DNA of 64,000 bases from assembly GCF_037042905.1 (NCBI RefSeq), contig NC_087245.1:31622001-31686000 (forward strand). The letters are read 5' to 3'. Positions 1 through 11,978 of this stretch are shown here, in pieces. This DNA is from Lytechinus pictus. Its lineage: Eukaryota. The notes beneath the pieces were generated by a model. It had not been told where the DNA came from and did no database searches. It saw only the letters and a list, made by a program, of their open reading frames with translations. How positions within the stretch are numbered: position 1 is the stretch's first letter; each line of letters begins with the position of its first letter. Both the position numbers and the translations under genes were made by a program.

Positions 1-80
1 AGATTTTTAGTGGTTTCCAGTGTATTTTTACTGGACCAGTTGATTTTTAACTGGACCAGTAAAAATCAACTGGAGACCAG

Positions 81-249
81 GGGGCCGTTTCATAAAGCTG
101 TTCGTAAGATAAGAGCGACTTTAAGAACGACTGGTGATCCTTTATTTTGGTAAATGGTATATTCATTGGCGATGGTCTAGAGCGTAAGAAAGGATCACCA
201 GTCGTTCTTAAAGTCGCTCTTAACTTACGAACAGCTTTATGAAACACCC
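81..249. mobile_element. Hairpin MITE (Harbinger-like)
   Basis: About 60-bp near-perfect inverted repeats at 81-143 and 189-249 (GTTTCATAAAGCTGTTCGTAAG...CTTACGAACAGCTTTATGAAAC). Confidence 0.8.
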
Positions 250-401
250 ACCCGTTCAAACAATTGCATTACAGTTGAAGCAAAGTAATACCAGTTAAAT
301 TGTTTTTCATCAAACTGGTGTTACTGGTCCAATAAATAATGACTTTATTTCAAGTCAGATCATTTGATGAATTATGGAAAATGAATCTTGCATTTCAGAG
401 A

Positions 402-572
402 AAGTTATTATCGTTATCATTGTTATCATAATTCTTCTTATTATTATCATAATTATTATTATTATGATTATTATGATCATTGTTGTTATCATTCTTATTA
501 CTGTTATCATTGTTATTGATATTGTAATTATTGATATTATCATAATTATCAATTATCAACATTATCATTAAA
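402..572. repeat. Degenerate (ATT/ATC)n microsatellite
   Basis: Visible trinucleotide run; gives the poly-Ile ORFs. Confidence 0.9.
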
Positions 573-1581
573 ATAATTATTTTCTTATGATTAACACAAA
601 AGCAAGATATACTCCTCTGATATAGTCAACTGGTCTAAAGTAATTCATTGTTTGAAATTGAACTGGTCAAGACCAGTAATACCAGTAATTCTGATGATGC
701 TGATCACGTGGTTTACCTCATTTGCATATTTCCTATTTTAAAAAGAAAAATCAGGATTTAGAAAGGAATATCCTTGCAATGGCACTCATTGTTGTTTAAA
801 AACTTTCCAAATAATTGTGTGAACTAATTCACAATGAAAATGTGTAATTTCATATATCACATTTAAAATAACAGCAGAAAGATTAATTTACTAACCATCT
901 TTTCCATCACATTTCACTGACCATGGTATATAACAAACCAAATGCATGTAATAAACTGATCCAGTAAGACCAGTAAGAGGACCAGTTCGAGGACCAGTCA
1001 GACCAGTTGAAAATACCAGTAAAGACCAGCTTGAATTGGATACCAGTATGAAGACCAGTGAGACCACTAACGACCACCAGAAACAAGACCAGTATAAAAT
1101 TCCAGTATTCAAGACCACTTTAATTTTTAACTGGACCAGTAAAATTTTAACTGGACCAGTATGACCAGTTAGACCAGTAAACCGATGTTCCAATTTCCAG
1201 AGTTACCAGTTCAAATTCTACTGGTCTAACTGGTCCAGTGGAACTGGTTTTTCCTTCTGGGAAAGCCGTTTCAACACTTATGAAAAATATCAAAAATTCA
1301 AGTGATACTCTTCATCATGCTAGTATAAAACGGTGCAAAATGGATTTTATACCAATGGAATATAGATATATCCCTATCTTAATGATCAAGAATAATTCAA
1401 TTATTGTCTTCTAATTTTGCTATCACTTTAAACATAAATCTAATAGATTTGAATTTAAATCTTTTTAGATTTAAAAGTTAATCTTATATTTAAAATAAAT
1501 TAAAAATTCGGCTTGTCACTATTCACAGCTGATCTGGATTTATTTTAAATCCTTGGAATTTAGAGTGTAGTATATATGTCA

Positions 1582-2383
1582 ATAATAATAAAAATAGGCA
1601 TTTATATAGCGCCATCTATCTAGAATTATCACCCGTATCAGACATCTGAGCTGGTCATTTACAAAACCGTATTTTTCTGTATTTTATTATTATCAGGAAG
1701 CTTAAGGGATAGGTATATTGTTTGTATTTTCCTCGGTCTCAATGCGCGTATTGACTTTGCATGCAGAGACGACGCAAAATATACCTTTGTATTTTCCCTG
1801 GTCTCACATCCGGGCCTATGAGGATGCGAATGAAGTGATGCGCTTCATAATGTTCCGCGCACCAACGATCTACGTCATAATAAAGACAACGCTGGATCTG
1901 GGCGCTTGCAAGTACGTCATAATGGTAAAGTGCAGAGCCTAGACACTGATTATTCTTAAAAGATATCACTGTTATCATGATTTTTGCTCTAGATATCTGA
2001 TTTGGATGATAATAAAAATATTGACTGCCCTTCTTTCGGGGAACATCAAATATATTGCCCTTAAAAGACCCATATTGCCCTCGTTTAAAGACTCGGGCCA
2101 ATATGATTCTTTTGCTGGCAATATATTTGATGTTCCCCTCAAGACCAGTCAATATTATTTAAATATTCTATTCCGAGGCGCGTTGTTATTATTACCCCGG
2201 CTTTAGCTCGAGCTGCCTTTCAGCGCTCATGCATTCAAGGAATTAATCCTGCCCATTTACCTCACCTGGGTTGAGTGCAGCACAATGTGAATAAATTTCT
2301 TGCTGAAGGAAATTACGCCATGGCTTGGATTCGAACCCCACGACCCTCTGTTTCAAAGTCGATCCACTGGGCCCCAACGCTCC
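1582..2383 (-). mobile_element. tRNA-derived SINE, interrupted by an insertion at about 1624-2160
   Basis: B-box GGTTCGAATCC on the minus strand at about 2327-2337. Body and (TAT)n tail match the + strand copy at 56450-56697. Confidence 0.8.
1624..2160. mobile_element. Non-autonomous element with asymmetric inverted repeat and terminal hairpin (Crypton- or Helentron-like)
   Basis: 1624-1660 is inverted at about 1977-2014, followed by a long hairpin at 2018-2155. It splits a SINE. Confidence 0.55.
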
Positions 2384-5300
2384 ACAAAAAGGCGTATAGA
2401 TATGCAATGACATTGCATTTCATGTACTTTGTTTTAATCTCTCTTTTTATATTTCGATTCATTTCTCTCTTTCTTTATTTTACACATTTGCTGTTTTGTA
2501 TATTGATATAATGTATGAAACTTTCTAACGTTAACAAAAATAATAAAATAAATATTTATGATGTGATAGCCTTTTAAAATTATTTTTCCCAATGGGTATT
2601 ACTATTCATTCATCACTAGAGAGTATTGTTATACTGTTGTATTTATCATAGATGTTGAAATATAGAAATAATGGTAGGGGTTATTGCCTTATTAGTTATT
2701 GCCTTATCATGACAATAATTGTGAACTGAGTTTAGTAAGGTTTGGTAACCTTTTCCTCTTTTTTTTGTTCATCAGTCAACACTACGAAAGAGAGAGAAAA
2801 AAACTTTCCACAGAACAGAGAACCATCTTCTAATATGGATGTATTGGTTGGTAATTACTTGATCTATTGATTTATAACTGTTTGCTTCTATAACCTATTG
2901 ATTGGGAAAAGAAATTGATTGACCTAGTGGTTCGGGAGGAAGGATTATTCAAAGAGGGGGGGGGGGGGGGGCACATTTTCCCGAGGAAAATTTGACTTGA
3001 CAATCAAAACGAAAAAAAGAAAAGTCCTCACTTGTGTACGAATGTCATATTCGCATTAAAAATATATGCTGTGACTTTCAAGGGGGCAAACTTGTGTAAA
3101 GAATGGCATATTTAAATTGAAAATTTTGATTATGGCTCTCAAAGGGGGTGGGGGCACGGGCCGGTCGCCCCGCCCCCTGGATTTTCCACTGGGTTGATAA
3201 TTGATAAATGTGAATGCTTTTGATTATTTGATTGATTGATTGATCAAGTGACTGATGATTATATTTTGCTTGCTTGATTGATTGATTATTTCATTGCTAA
3301 TTGTTGTTTGATTATTGGATGATTACTCGATTGCTAACTATTGTTTACTAAAGTATATAAAGCTATTTTTAACTACCACATAATGGAAATCCAACTGGAA
3401 TGGCCATAATTCTGAAAGAACATAAACGCTAATATCATTTCAAACGGACTGTTTCTATGATTTTTTGTTGTTTATACATTATGTTTATTGATCACTGTAT
3501 GAATGAAAAATCAATTTGACCAACGTTAGTGAATGTCAAATCAAAAGAATTGATAATCTCATGTAATTGAGTTTAACTACTCAATTTGACTCAATTTAAA
3601 AAAAAGGGAAGATTCCAGGGCAGAACATGTTGTACATGGCAACATTTCTAAAAAGTTGTCAATCGGCGAAGCGAGCCTGTGTAGAAGCGGCAATTTCTTT
3701 CAAAGAAAATTTTATCTTATATTGAGTTTGCCGTAATATCCAAAAAATTATAATATTTATCCCTTTCCTTTCCTTCTCTTTTATTGATATCTTTTTTTTT
3801 TAAATCATGATTGTCGATCTTTTTTTTCTTTTTTTTAAGGGGACTGCCTTAAGCCCCCATCAGGCGGATCCAGGGGGGGGGGGGCAAAGCTGGCCCGTGC
3901 CCCCCTTTTGAAAAGCACAATTAAAATTTGTAATGTAAAAGTGTCGTAAAAAATACAAGTGTCCTCCCCCCCTTTTGAAAGTGAAGACCTTCTTTTTTTG
4001 CTTATCAAACTTTTTCGTGGATGAAATGTCCTTGATTTTTGGCAAACAATTTTTTTTCTAAAAAATGTGAGATTGGGGAGATGTGAGTGTAGCTGCGACC
4101 AAGCAAGAAAAGATGTTGCGTTCTCTCTGAAATTACATTTAACCGCCGCACAATAAGGTATTATTTAATGATCATCATTATTTCGTGTCAAAGTATCTAG
4201 TACTGTTTGTGAAGTACATATGCATTTTAAAGAGTAATACTCATTAGTCTCATTTCTACTGTACTGTAGTCCGATCAAACACAGCTGGCTGTATGTTTTC
4301 CATGGGGCAATTCCATGAAATATGTACGTCCGATAGTCCGACCCCATGTTATATGTTGATAAATTGATAAAAAATGAAAAATAGTAATTAAAAAAAAAAG
4401 GTCTGTGGATATTGGACACGAGACAGGCATCGTCTTCTGAGGAGATTCTCATGATCAAAGTTTCGTCCAATCAGAACACTCCTGTCCATTACGTCATTGC
4501 AATTGTCATAAGGGGCTTTCCCGTATCGATACCAATGGACCTTTGTCCACTCATTCACATTTTGTGCGATCTACTTCCTCAAACTTTTGAAGTTCCGTTC
4601 TTCGCGCTGCAGTGGAATGGCAGTGGTAGTTGTAATAGCGACATGGTCATGGAAGTGGGCAGACTACAGAAAAAAACTTAAGTTGTTTCGACCACTAATA
4701 TGCCTGGATATATATTTCAAACCAGGAAACTGTTCGTGAGGCACTTTCAAAGCAGTTCTCATGTATAAGAATGACCATATTCGACTGAAACCTAATTGAG
4801 GAGTAAGCGAGAAGTTCTCCGATTCTTCGGGAGACGGACGGCATGGCGGGAGCTTGGCTGCGGGGCCTAGCCCCTGCACCAACCGGAGGACAAAGCTCGG
4901 AAGTGTGCAAAGCTAGGTGTACTATTAAGTGCAATGCCGATTCTACAACTCAAACTCAGGATTCGCATTTAAGGACACAAAACCACGGCGTTTATTATAG
5001 TTGTTTAGCCAGGCGAGTAAATACAATTTCAAAGCTCCAACACATGTACATATGCCTATGGATAGGTATTTTCATTCTCCTTTGCTGTGTTGAATTGGTG
5101 AGTAGAATATTCACATTCCCACTATCTTTTAAATGCAAATTTGTATTTGTCATTACAATGTTTGTCAAGACCATATGGGGGGCCACCGAACCGTGTATAT
5201 TGTCGTGTACAGAAAGATAAATAATAAAAATTACCACTAGCATCTGCTTGTGAATTTTTGCATGATCAGCCCCAGTTGCCTGGAAACGATTTTTGAAGAG

Positions 5301-7270
5301 GGGATGCTGGTTTGCAGGGGCCGTGGAAACCGTGTACAAAACGAAAGAATTACCACATAATTTTGATTTTTTGCATGGTCAGCCCCCCCCCCCCCCACTC
5401 TGAAAACCGTTCCGCGGCCCCTGGGTTGGAAATGAATTTTACAAGGTGCTTGTCCGACTTGGAGGCGATTTCGGTCAGAAAAATTTGACAAGCAAAAAAT
5501 AAAAATGAAGGTGATTTTGGCAAAATACCAACCTGACTTCCAGGGGGCACTGCCTATTGTGTATAACTCATGCAGCACCCCATGAAAAATATTTCCTTAA
5601 AAAATTGGGGGGGGGTGCTTTGGCACCCCCACTTCCCAGGGCCATTTGTCAGCCCCCCTCCCCATTCAAAACTGTTCTAAAAACCCCATATATATGATAG
5701 GCCCAAAATACTTGGGTATATACATAAAATAACCTGCTTGTCATTTTGGGGCTATTTTGGCCCTTCTATTTTCTGCAGGCCTCATGAAAGTTTCATGACA
5801 TAGGGCCTTCAGCAAAAATGACCCTCCCTTTTTCATAACAGACCTACGGAAACATTCATTGAAACAGTGTTGAGCAAAAATAAATTGGTAATAGTGTTCT
5901 TGCACTCAATGACTTCATCTTCTGCGAGGAAAGCATGCATGAGCATGCACCAAAGGCTTTCAGGTGGGGGGGGGGGGCTGGGGAGGGGGCAAGATTTGTA
6001 ATATTCAGCTCATGCTGCGAATCGATTTAGAAATGAAATACTATTACTATTACATGGTGTTATATCATAAATATTGATCATGAGAACAATGTAATGTACA
6101 TCACACAAAATATTTTAAAAGATTTGCAATGGAGCCTGTAAAGATGTATTTTTGACAATAACTCGAACAACATTTAAATTTATTTATTTTTAATGGTAAA
6201 AATAGGACATTAATTGGTTAGGTGATGACTTTTCTTTTTTTTTCTTCATTATTTTGCTTCTCTATGAGTCTATATGGATCCTCATCAATTCAGTATATAG
6301 CTACAACCATACTTCTCGATCATTTTGTTGAACGTCCAATTGAATTATTTAGAAAGTTCGGATATCAATCATTTTTTTGTTACCAGTTGATGCAAGCGAT
6401 AGCAATATGAAGAAATGAATGAGTTCGCAGATCCAAATTCGGAACAACAGGGTATTTTAGTATTTGCTATTGCTACCACACGTGTTCTCAATTTTGGCGA
6501 ACATGAAGAGTAGATTTCTATTATTTTGAAAGGTTTATAAACGGTAAATTTCTTTCATTATTGACGATGGTAAAAAGAAAAAGCGGGATGATTAAAATAA
6601 AATAAATCAATAGGCTAAACAATAAAAATCATCAAATCAAACAGCAAAGAGTGTCCGATCTCGTGACTATAAATAATAGCAAAAGAAATTACTTGCTTGA
6701 AGGGGGCCATTGTATCTCGCGACAAATTCAATGCAATTGAATTGTGATATTATATATTGTCCAGTATCGGAAAAATATGTTAATAGCATTTCTAATAATG
6801 TATAAATCACCATCTTCAATACACGTTTTTTCTTTTACGTCGTTACGAACAAGATGGCCCTTATTGAATTATTTTAAGAGTTTGAGGTATAGCCAGGAAA
6901 AAAATAACAGAAATTGGATTACAGACATGATGAAGAAACTTGAACTCAAGTATATAATATTTTCTTTTAGTGTGAAAAGAGACTTTAATACATGACTTAG
7001 AAAAATGACAGCTCTTCTGCATGTCGAGAATAATTGCTCGTTCGAACTGGACGCATAAATATAGTATAGAAGATAGAGTGATAATCGTTGCTGAATAAAC
7101 CGTTAGTTTCACTTTTAGATTTATTCTGGACTTTGGTCCCCTGCATTTCTTTTTCCTTTATTTTATTGTAGCTGACCTCTTGGCATTATCGCCCCCTTTT
7201 CAAGAATTGTAAAGGGCCTGTCAAGTTTTATGTGAAAGTATATAGCGCTGGAAATCTTCAGCGTGATTAA

Positions 7271-7872
7271 AGGGATGGTCCAGGCTGGAAATATTCATAT
7301 CTCAATAAAAAGAGTAAAATTCACAGAGCAAAATGCTGAAAATTTGATAAAAATTGGATAACAAATAACAGAGTTATTGAATTTTTAAGATTTGAATTAT
7401 TCCGGTGACACCGTTCTAGGCATGTCTTTATGAATATTCAATAGGTGGGCTGATGATGTCATATCCCCACTTGTTTTTTTGTATTGTATTATATGAAATT
7501 AGGTTTATTAAAAAAATTTCTACCAAGAACTAAAACAATGGGATTGACAACTGATTAAGTGCATAAGTTATTTATTGCCGCAACTTATTTCATTATGAAG
7601 ACACATCATTTACACATGTATGAAAAAATGAAACATTTATGATTTCATGTAGTAACATAAGAAGAAAAAAAAGTGGAGATGTGACATCATCAGCCCACGT
7701 AATGAATATTCATGATTATGTGCATATAACTGTTCTCACAAAATATTGATAAACTTTACAATTCAATAACTTTGTTATTTGTTATCCGATTTTGATGAAA
7801 TTTTCAGCATTTTGCTCTGTGAATTTTACTTTATTTATTTAGATACAAATATTTTCAGTCCGGACCAACCCT
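7271..7872. mobile_element. Palindromic MITE with TTAA TSD (Kolobok-type)
   Basis: TTAA|AGGGATGGTCC...GGACCAACCCT|TTAA with long imperfect inverted arms. Second copy at 62340-62900. Confidence 0.85.
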
Positions 7873-7984
7873 TTAAAGTTTGATTTAAACCGTATAATCG
7901 AAAGTGGGAACGTGTATAAGTAGAAGAGAAAGAAGATAGATAGGTATTTTGATTAGAATGGAATGAGGAGGTGATCAATAAATT

Positions 7985-8275
7985 TAAATGAATGAATGAT
8001 TGATAGAATGAATGAATGACTGACTGACTGACCTACCAATTGAATGAATTAATAATTAGATAAAATTCTGAATGAATGAATGAATACATAAATGTCTGAA
8101 TGAATGAATGTCTGAATTAATGAATAATTACACACATGTCTGAATAAATGAATGAATGAATACATAAATGTCTGAATGAATGAATGTCTGAATAAATGAA
8201 TAAATACATTAATGTTTGAATGAATGAATGATTGAGTGAGTGAGTGGGTGAATGGATGGATGGATGGATGATGCA
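7985..8275. repeat. (GAAT)n-type microsatellite
   Basis: Visible tetranucleotide runs. Confidence 0.9.
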
Positions 8276-8345
8276 TTGAAATCATCAAAACCCATACATA
8301 CATAAGGGAATATCGAGAACTAGAAAGCATACCACACACCACATT

Positions 8346-8385
8346 CTCCTGAACACGACAAGAACACACCTGTCGAAACGTCGAG
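8346..8385 (+). ncRNA. Degenerate minimal hammerhead-ribozyme-like motif (Penelope-type)
   Basis: CTC-CTGAACA-C-GACA..TGTC-GAAAC-GTC-GAG: stem I CTC/GAG, stem II GACA/TGTC, palindromic ACGT stem III. Core G8 is replaced by C. Confidence 0.4.
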
Positions 8386-9784
8386 TTTGGGTGGTACTTT
8401 GCCGGCCCAGCATTAGCCCAAGAAAGATACATGGTGTACCGTCAACTTGCACAATTGATTTGATTTGATTTGATTTATTTTTTCTTCTATATTTGGGGAA
8501 TGAATGACCTTAGCCTTAGGTGTCTTAAAAAGCAACGCTTTTGAAGATGGCCCTACACACAAGGTACCAATAGTTTTGGATTTGGTGCCCCGATGGCCAA
8601 AATAAATTTGACGACGGACAAAGAAGACTTTTTATAACAAATGCAAAGTTTCTATAACAGTTTTACTATCAGCCAATCAGATCAAAGAATTTCAGTAGCT
8701 TTTAACTGTTATTGCAAATTTTGTTATTATAACAAGTTTTATTAAGGGCCCCCTGCCTATCACTGAGACCGCCAACAGCACACCGAGATGTCACACAAAA
8801 TTGGTATGAAAGGAGAATTGATCCTCCCAACAAAAATAATAAACATTAAACAAATGGATAAATAAATGAATGAATGAATGACGAATGAATGAATGAATAT
8901 ATAACCAACAAGAAACGAAATATAGTAGAATGAATTATTAATCAATCAAAAGGTAGATAAATAATAAATGAAAGAATCAAAGAAATATAATAAAATTATG
9001 ATAATGATAATGAAAAAAAAAAAAAATTCTGTGTGCGTGTCCAACTTATGCAGCCATCAGAGTGAAATACTGCACAATGGTTTTAGGTGCTTCGGGAAAT
9101 CCTGTACTGGGTTTTCTAAAGGAAATAGGTATCGAAACTATTGGTGCTCTTAACTGTATAGGCCTCTGTCATGTTGTTCTAAGTCTAGATAGGAAATACA
9201 CTTATGGATGTGGAAAGTGTTGGGAAAACATTATGAGGAAGTCCATACAGTTTGAATAAGTGAGAAAAATTGAGAGAAAATCAGCAAAACTGGGAACAAG
9301 CAAATCATACAATAATCCAATTCGCAGTTTGTGAATGATCAACTTTTTTCCGAATGACCTTTCCCATTGTTTCATAAGGATGAGCATTAACACTTTGAAA
9401 TGGAGATAATGCATAATTATGCTTTCCTGACATAGCATCCTGTTGTATTCAAATTCTAAGAAAGAAAAAAACATGGCATAGACCATGTGATTAGAATAGT
9501 GCGTCATTGATTAAATTTGGAAATCGCATTTTTGTATTGTCCACTTTTGGCACATTTACTATTATTTGAGCTAATCTGTCAAATACCGATGATGATAATG
9601 ATTTGTTGTTACTCTCATTGGTTGTGATCAAAGAGAAGGGGAACGTGTGAACATCATCAAATCACAAATGTTGAGGTCAGTGAATTTGAGAACCATCTGA
9701 TGGTTTATCTCGAATGACATTTATACTGATCATAAACAGAATGCAATTGCGAACTGGTCTATTGAAAAAAAAAAAAGCAGCAAA

Positions 9785-10020
<236 letters not shown>

Positions 10021-10769
10021 AGAGATTTCGTGGAGATATAGAGGGGGGGTGATGAAGGAGGGGGTGTAAGAGAAATGTTGCAAAGAACGATCGAAACGGC
10101 TTGAAAGAGAGGGGATAGCAGAGAGATAGATATAGAAAGAGGGGTGAAAAGAAGGGGCAAAATGAGATTGATATGGTAATTATGATGTTAAACACTGGTG
10201 TACATATGGGGGTAAAGTTTCAAGAAAAAAAGAAGAGGAACAGAAAGGGAAAGAGAGAGAGAAAGAGAAAAGTATATTGACAAAATCTATCCAAAATGAG
10301 ATTTTTTAAATAAAAAAAGGTCAATTTTTACTCGCTCACTCCGCTAGCTCGTATCTCTTTAGATATATCTGACCCCCTTAAAAAGAATTGGCTCATTAGG
10401 CAACTGATGTCCAAATTATTGTATTTATCTGTTCTTTTGTATATATAAAGCATAATATTCACATAAAATTTTATGTAAATTTGAGCCGTTACAAACTTTC
10501 ATCCAAAATCCCCGGCCAAATTATAGAGGCAGTAAGAAATAATGTGACGTATTAGACCACAATTATGACGCATGTAATTTGCGGCCATTGTGTTTCCTAT
10601 AAATTTGACTTCGGTAATTGGGATGAAAATTTCTGGCTTCTCAAAAAAAAAAAACAGAAATAGTGATAAATTTCCTTTTGGAATAACATTATATAAGCAA
10701 TACCGAGTAGGCCTATATTCGATTAAAAAGGAGCATATTATGTTTCATGATGAACTTGAATACATGGAA

Positions 10770-11275
10770 AGACATACTCGAACTTTTCGCATTTACTACG
10801 GGGAAACTCCACAACGCAACACCTCTCTTGAAAATGCAAGTCAAATCACAATGCAAATCACAATCACATAATTAGAAAAAAACAAAGAAAGAAGGAGAGG
10901 AACGATTTTAAAGGACACGTCGAAGAAAAGAAAGAAAATGATAGTTGGGCCTAATAACGAGCTGGCCGTAATAGTCAAATATGACTGGTCGCCATTAATT
11001 TCCAACAAACAACAACAACAACAACAACAATGCAGAGCGGAGAGGCTTTTGTTGAAAGTTGGTGGACCGGAACAGCATCGGAATCTCTTGACTCTGGACA
11101 ACGACATATTTGCGATTGTTCGTCCGGTGCAAATTTTCGGATGAACTGCTGTCCCAGTCCACCAACTTTCGACAAAAGCCTCTCAGCTTTCCATTGTGAT
11201 TCTAATTGCATTTTCAAATGAATCGATGCGTTGTAGAGAGTTTCCCCGTAGTAAAATGCGAAAATTACGTATTGT
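10770..11275. mobile_element. Palindromic MITE with an insertion in the left arm
   Basis: TTTTCGCATTTACTACGGGGAAACTC pairs with GAGTTTCCCCGTAGTAAAATGCGAAAA. Inner stem 11040-11077 pairs with 11147-11184. Related copy at about 51050-51480. Confidence 0.7.
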
Positions 11276-11649
11276 CCGTGAAAGAGAGACAGAAAACCAA
11301 TACAAGTCAATTAAATGGGTTAAGGGTTTTTTGATACAATGATGACTAATATTTCAAAGACGGACCTTAACCCCTTCGTACTGGAAACGCACCGGATAGG
11401 ACAGACTGTGAATTTCCGGATTATGGTTAAAAATCATGCAAGAAATCCTTTTTTTTTTTTACATTTCAAAATCAATTTCCCTTAATATGGGAGTAGATGT
11501 GTATTTCTCAATTCTTAGTGTTTTTTTTTTGTAAATTGATGTTTTCTTCCCAAATTTAGTCATCAATTGAGTAATAATTTGTATTCTTCAAAATAAATCT
11601 GACATTGGTTAATGATATTGTTTATAAAGGAATCTCAAAATCTGAAATT

Positions 11650-11800
11650 CTGGAGAGCGTGTCATAAAAGGACTTGTTGGATGTTTTACCAGTTACCATA
11701 GTAACAGTCGGTCACTTGTGCCTCGCAGCCAATCATAACCAAAGAAAGTTGTCAGATCTGACAACTTTCTTGTCGAATGAGAAAAGTTAATGAAATGCTC
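11650..11800. mobile_element. Short Harbinger-like MITE carrying an RFX X-box, CCAAT and a 30-bp palindrome
   Basis: GTTACCATAGTAAC at 11692-11705, CCAAT at 11729 and a perfect palindrome at 11742-11771. Homologous copy at 51151-51291. Confidence 0.65.
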
Positions 11801-11940
11801 AACATTGTGTCGCGAGAATTTCAAGCTTTGTTTCATATTATAGATGAGAGTGCGTAGCTTGCCTTGTGTGGTAATCATACTTTAAATTCATTTCCTCTTA
11901 ACCTCAAAAAAATATTGTTGTATATTTGGTGTATTTGCAG

Positions 11941-11978
11941 TGAAAGCAAATATATATTTACATTACCGATTGTTGAAG
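11941..11978 (+). other. Candidate upstream (possibly 5' UTR) exon
   Basis: TTTGCAG immediately before and AAG|GTGAGT after. No transcript support. Confidence 0.25.

Larger units (their letters stand above)
1..1261. repeat. Element rich in GACCAG/CTGGTC motifs, probably a non-autonomous DNA transposon cut off by the window edge
   Basis: Dense ACTGGACCAGT palindromes and GACCAGT repeats at 1-80, 290-330, 630-690 and 955-1260. Confidence 0.5.

Noticed and set aside
4400..5020. GC-richer segment ending in CAG|GCGAGT, possibly an exon or pseudo-exon
   Set aside because: Every frame has stops and I recognise no protein family; not supportable without a tBLASTx search.
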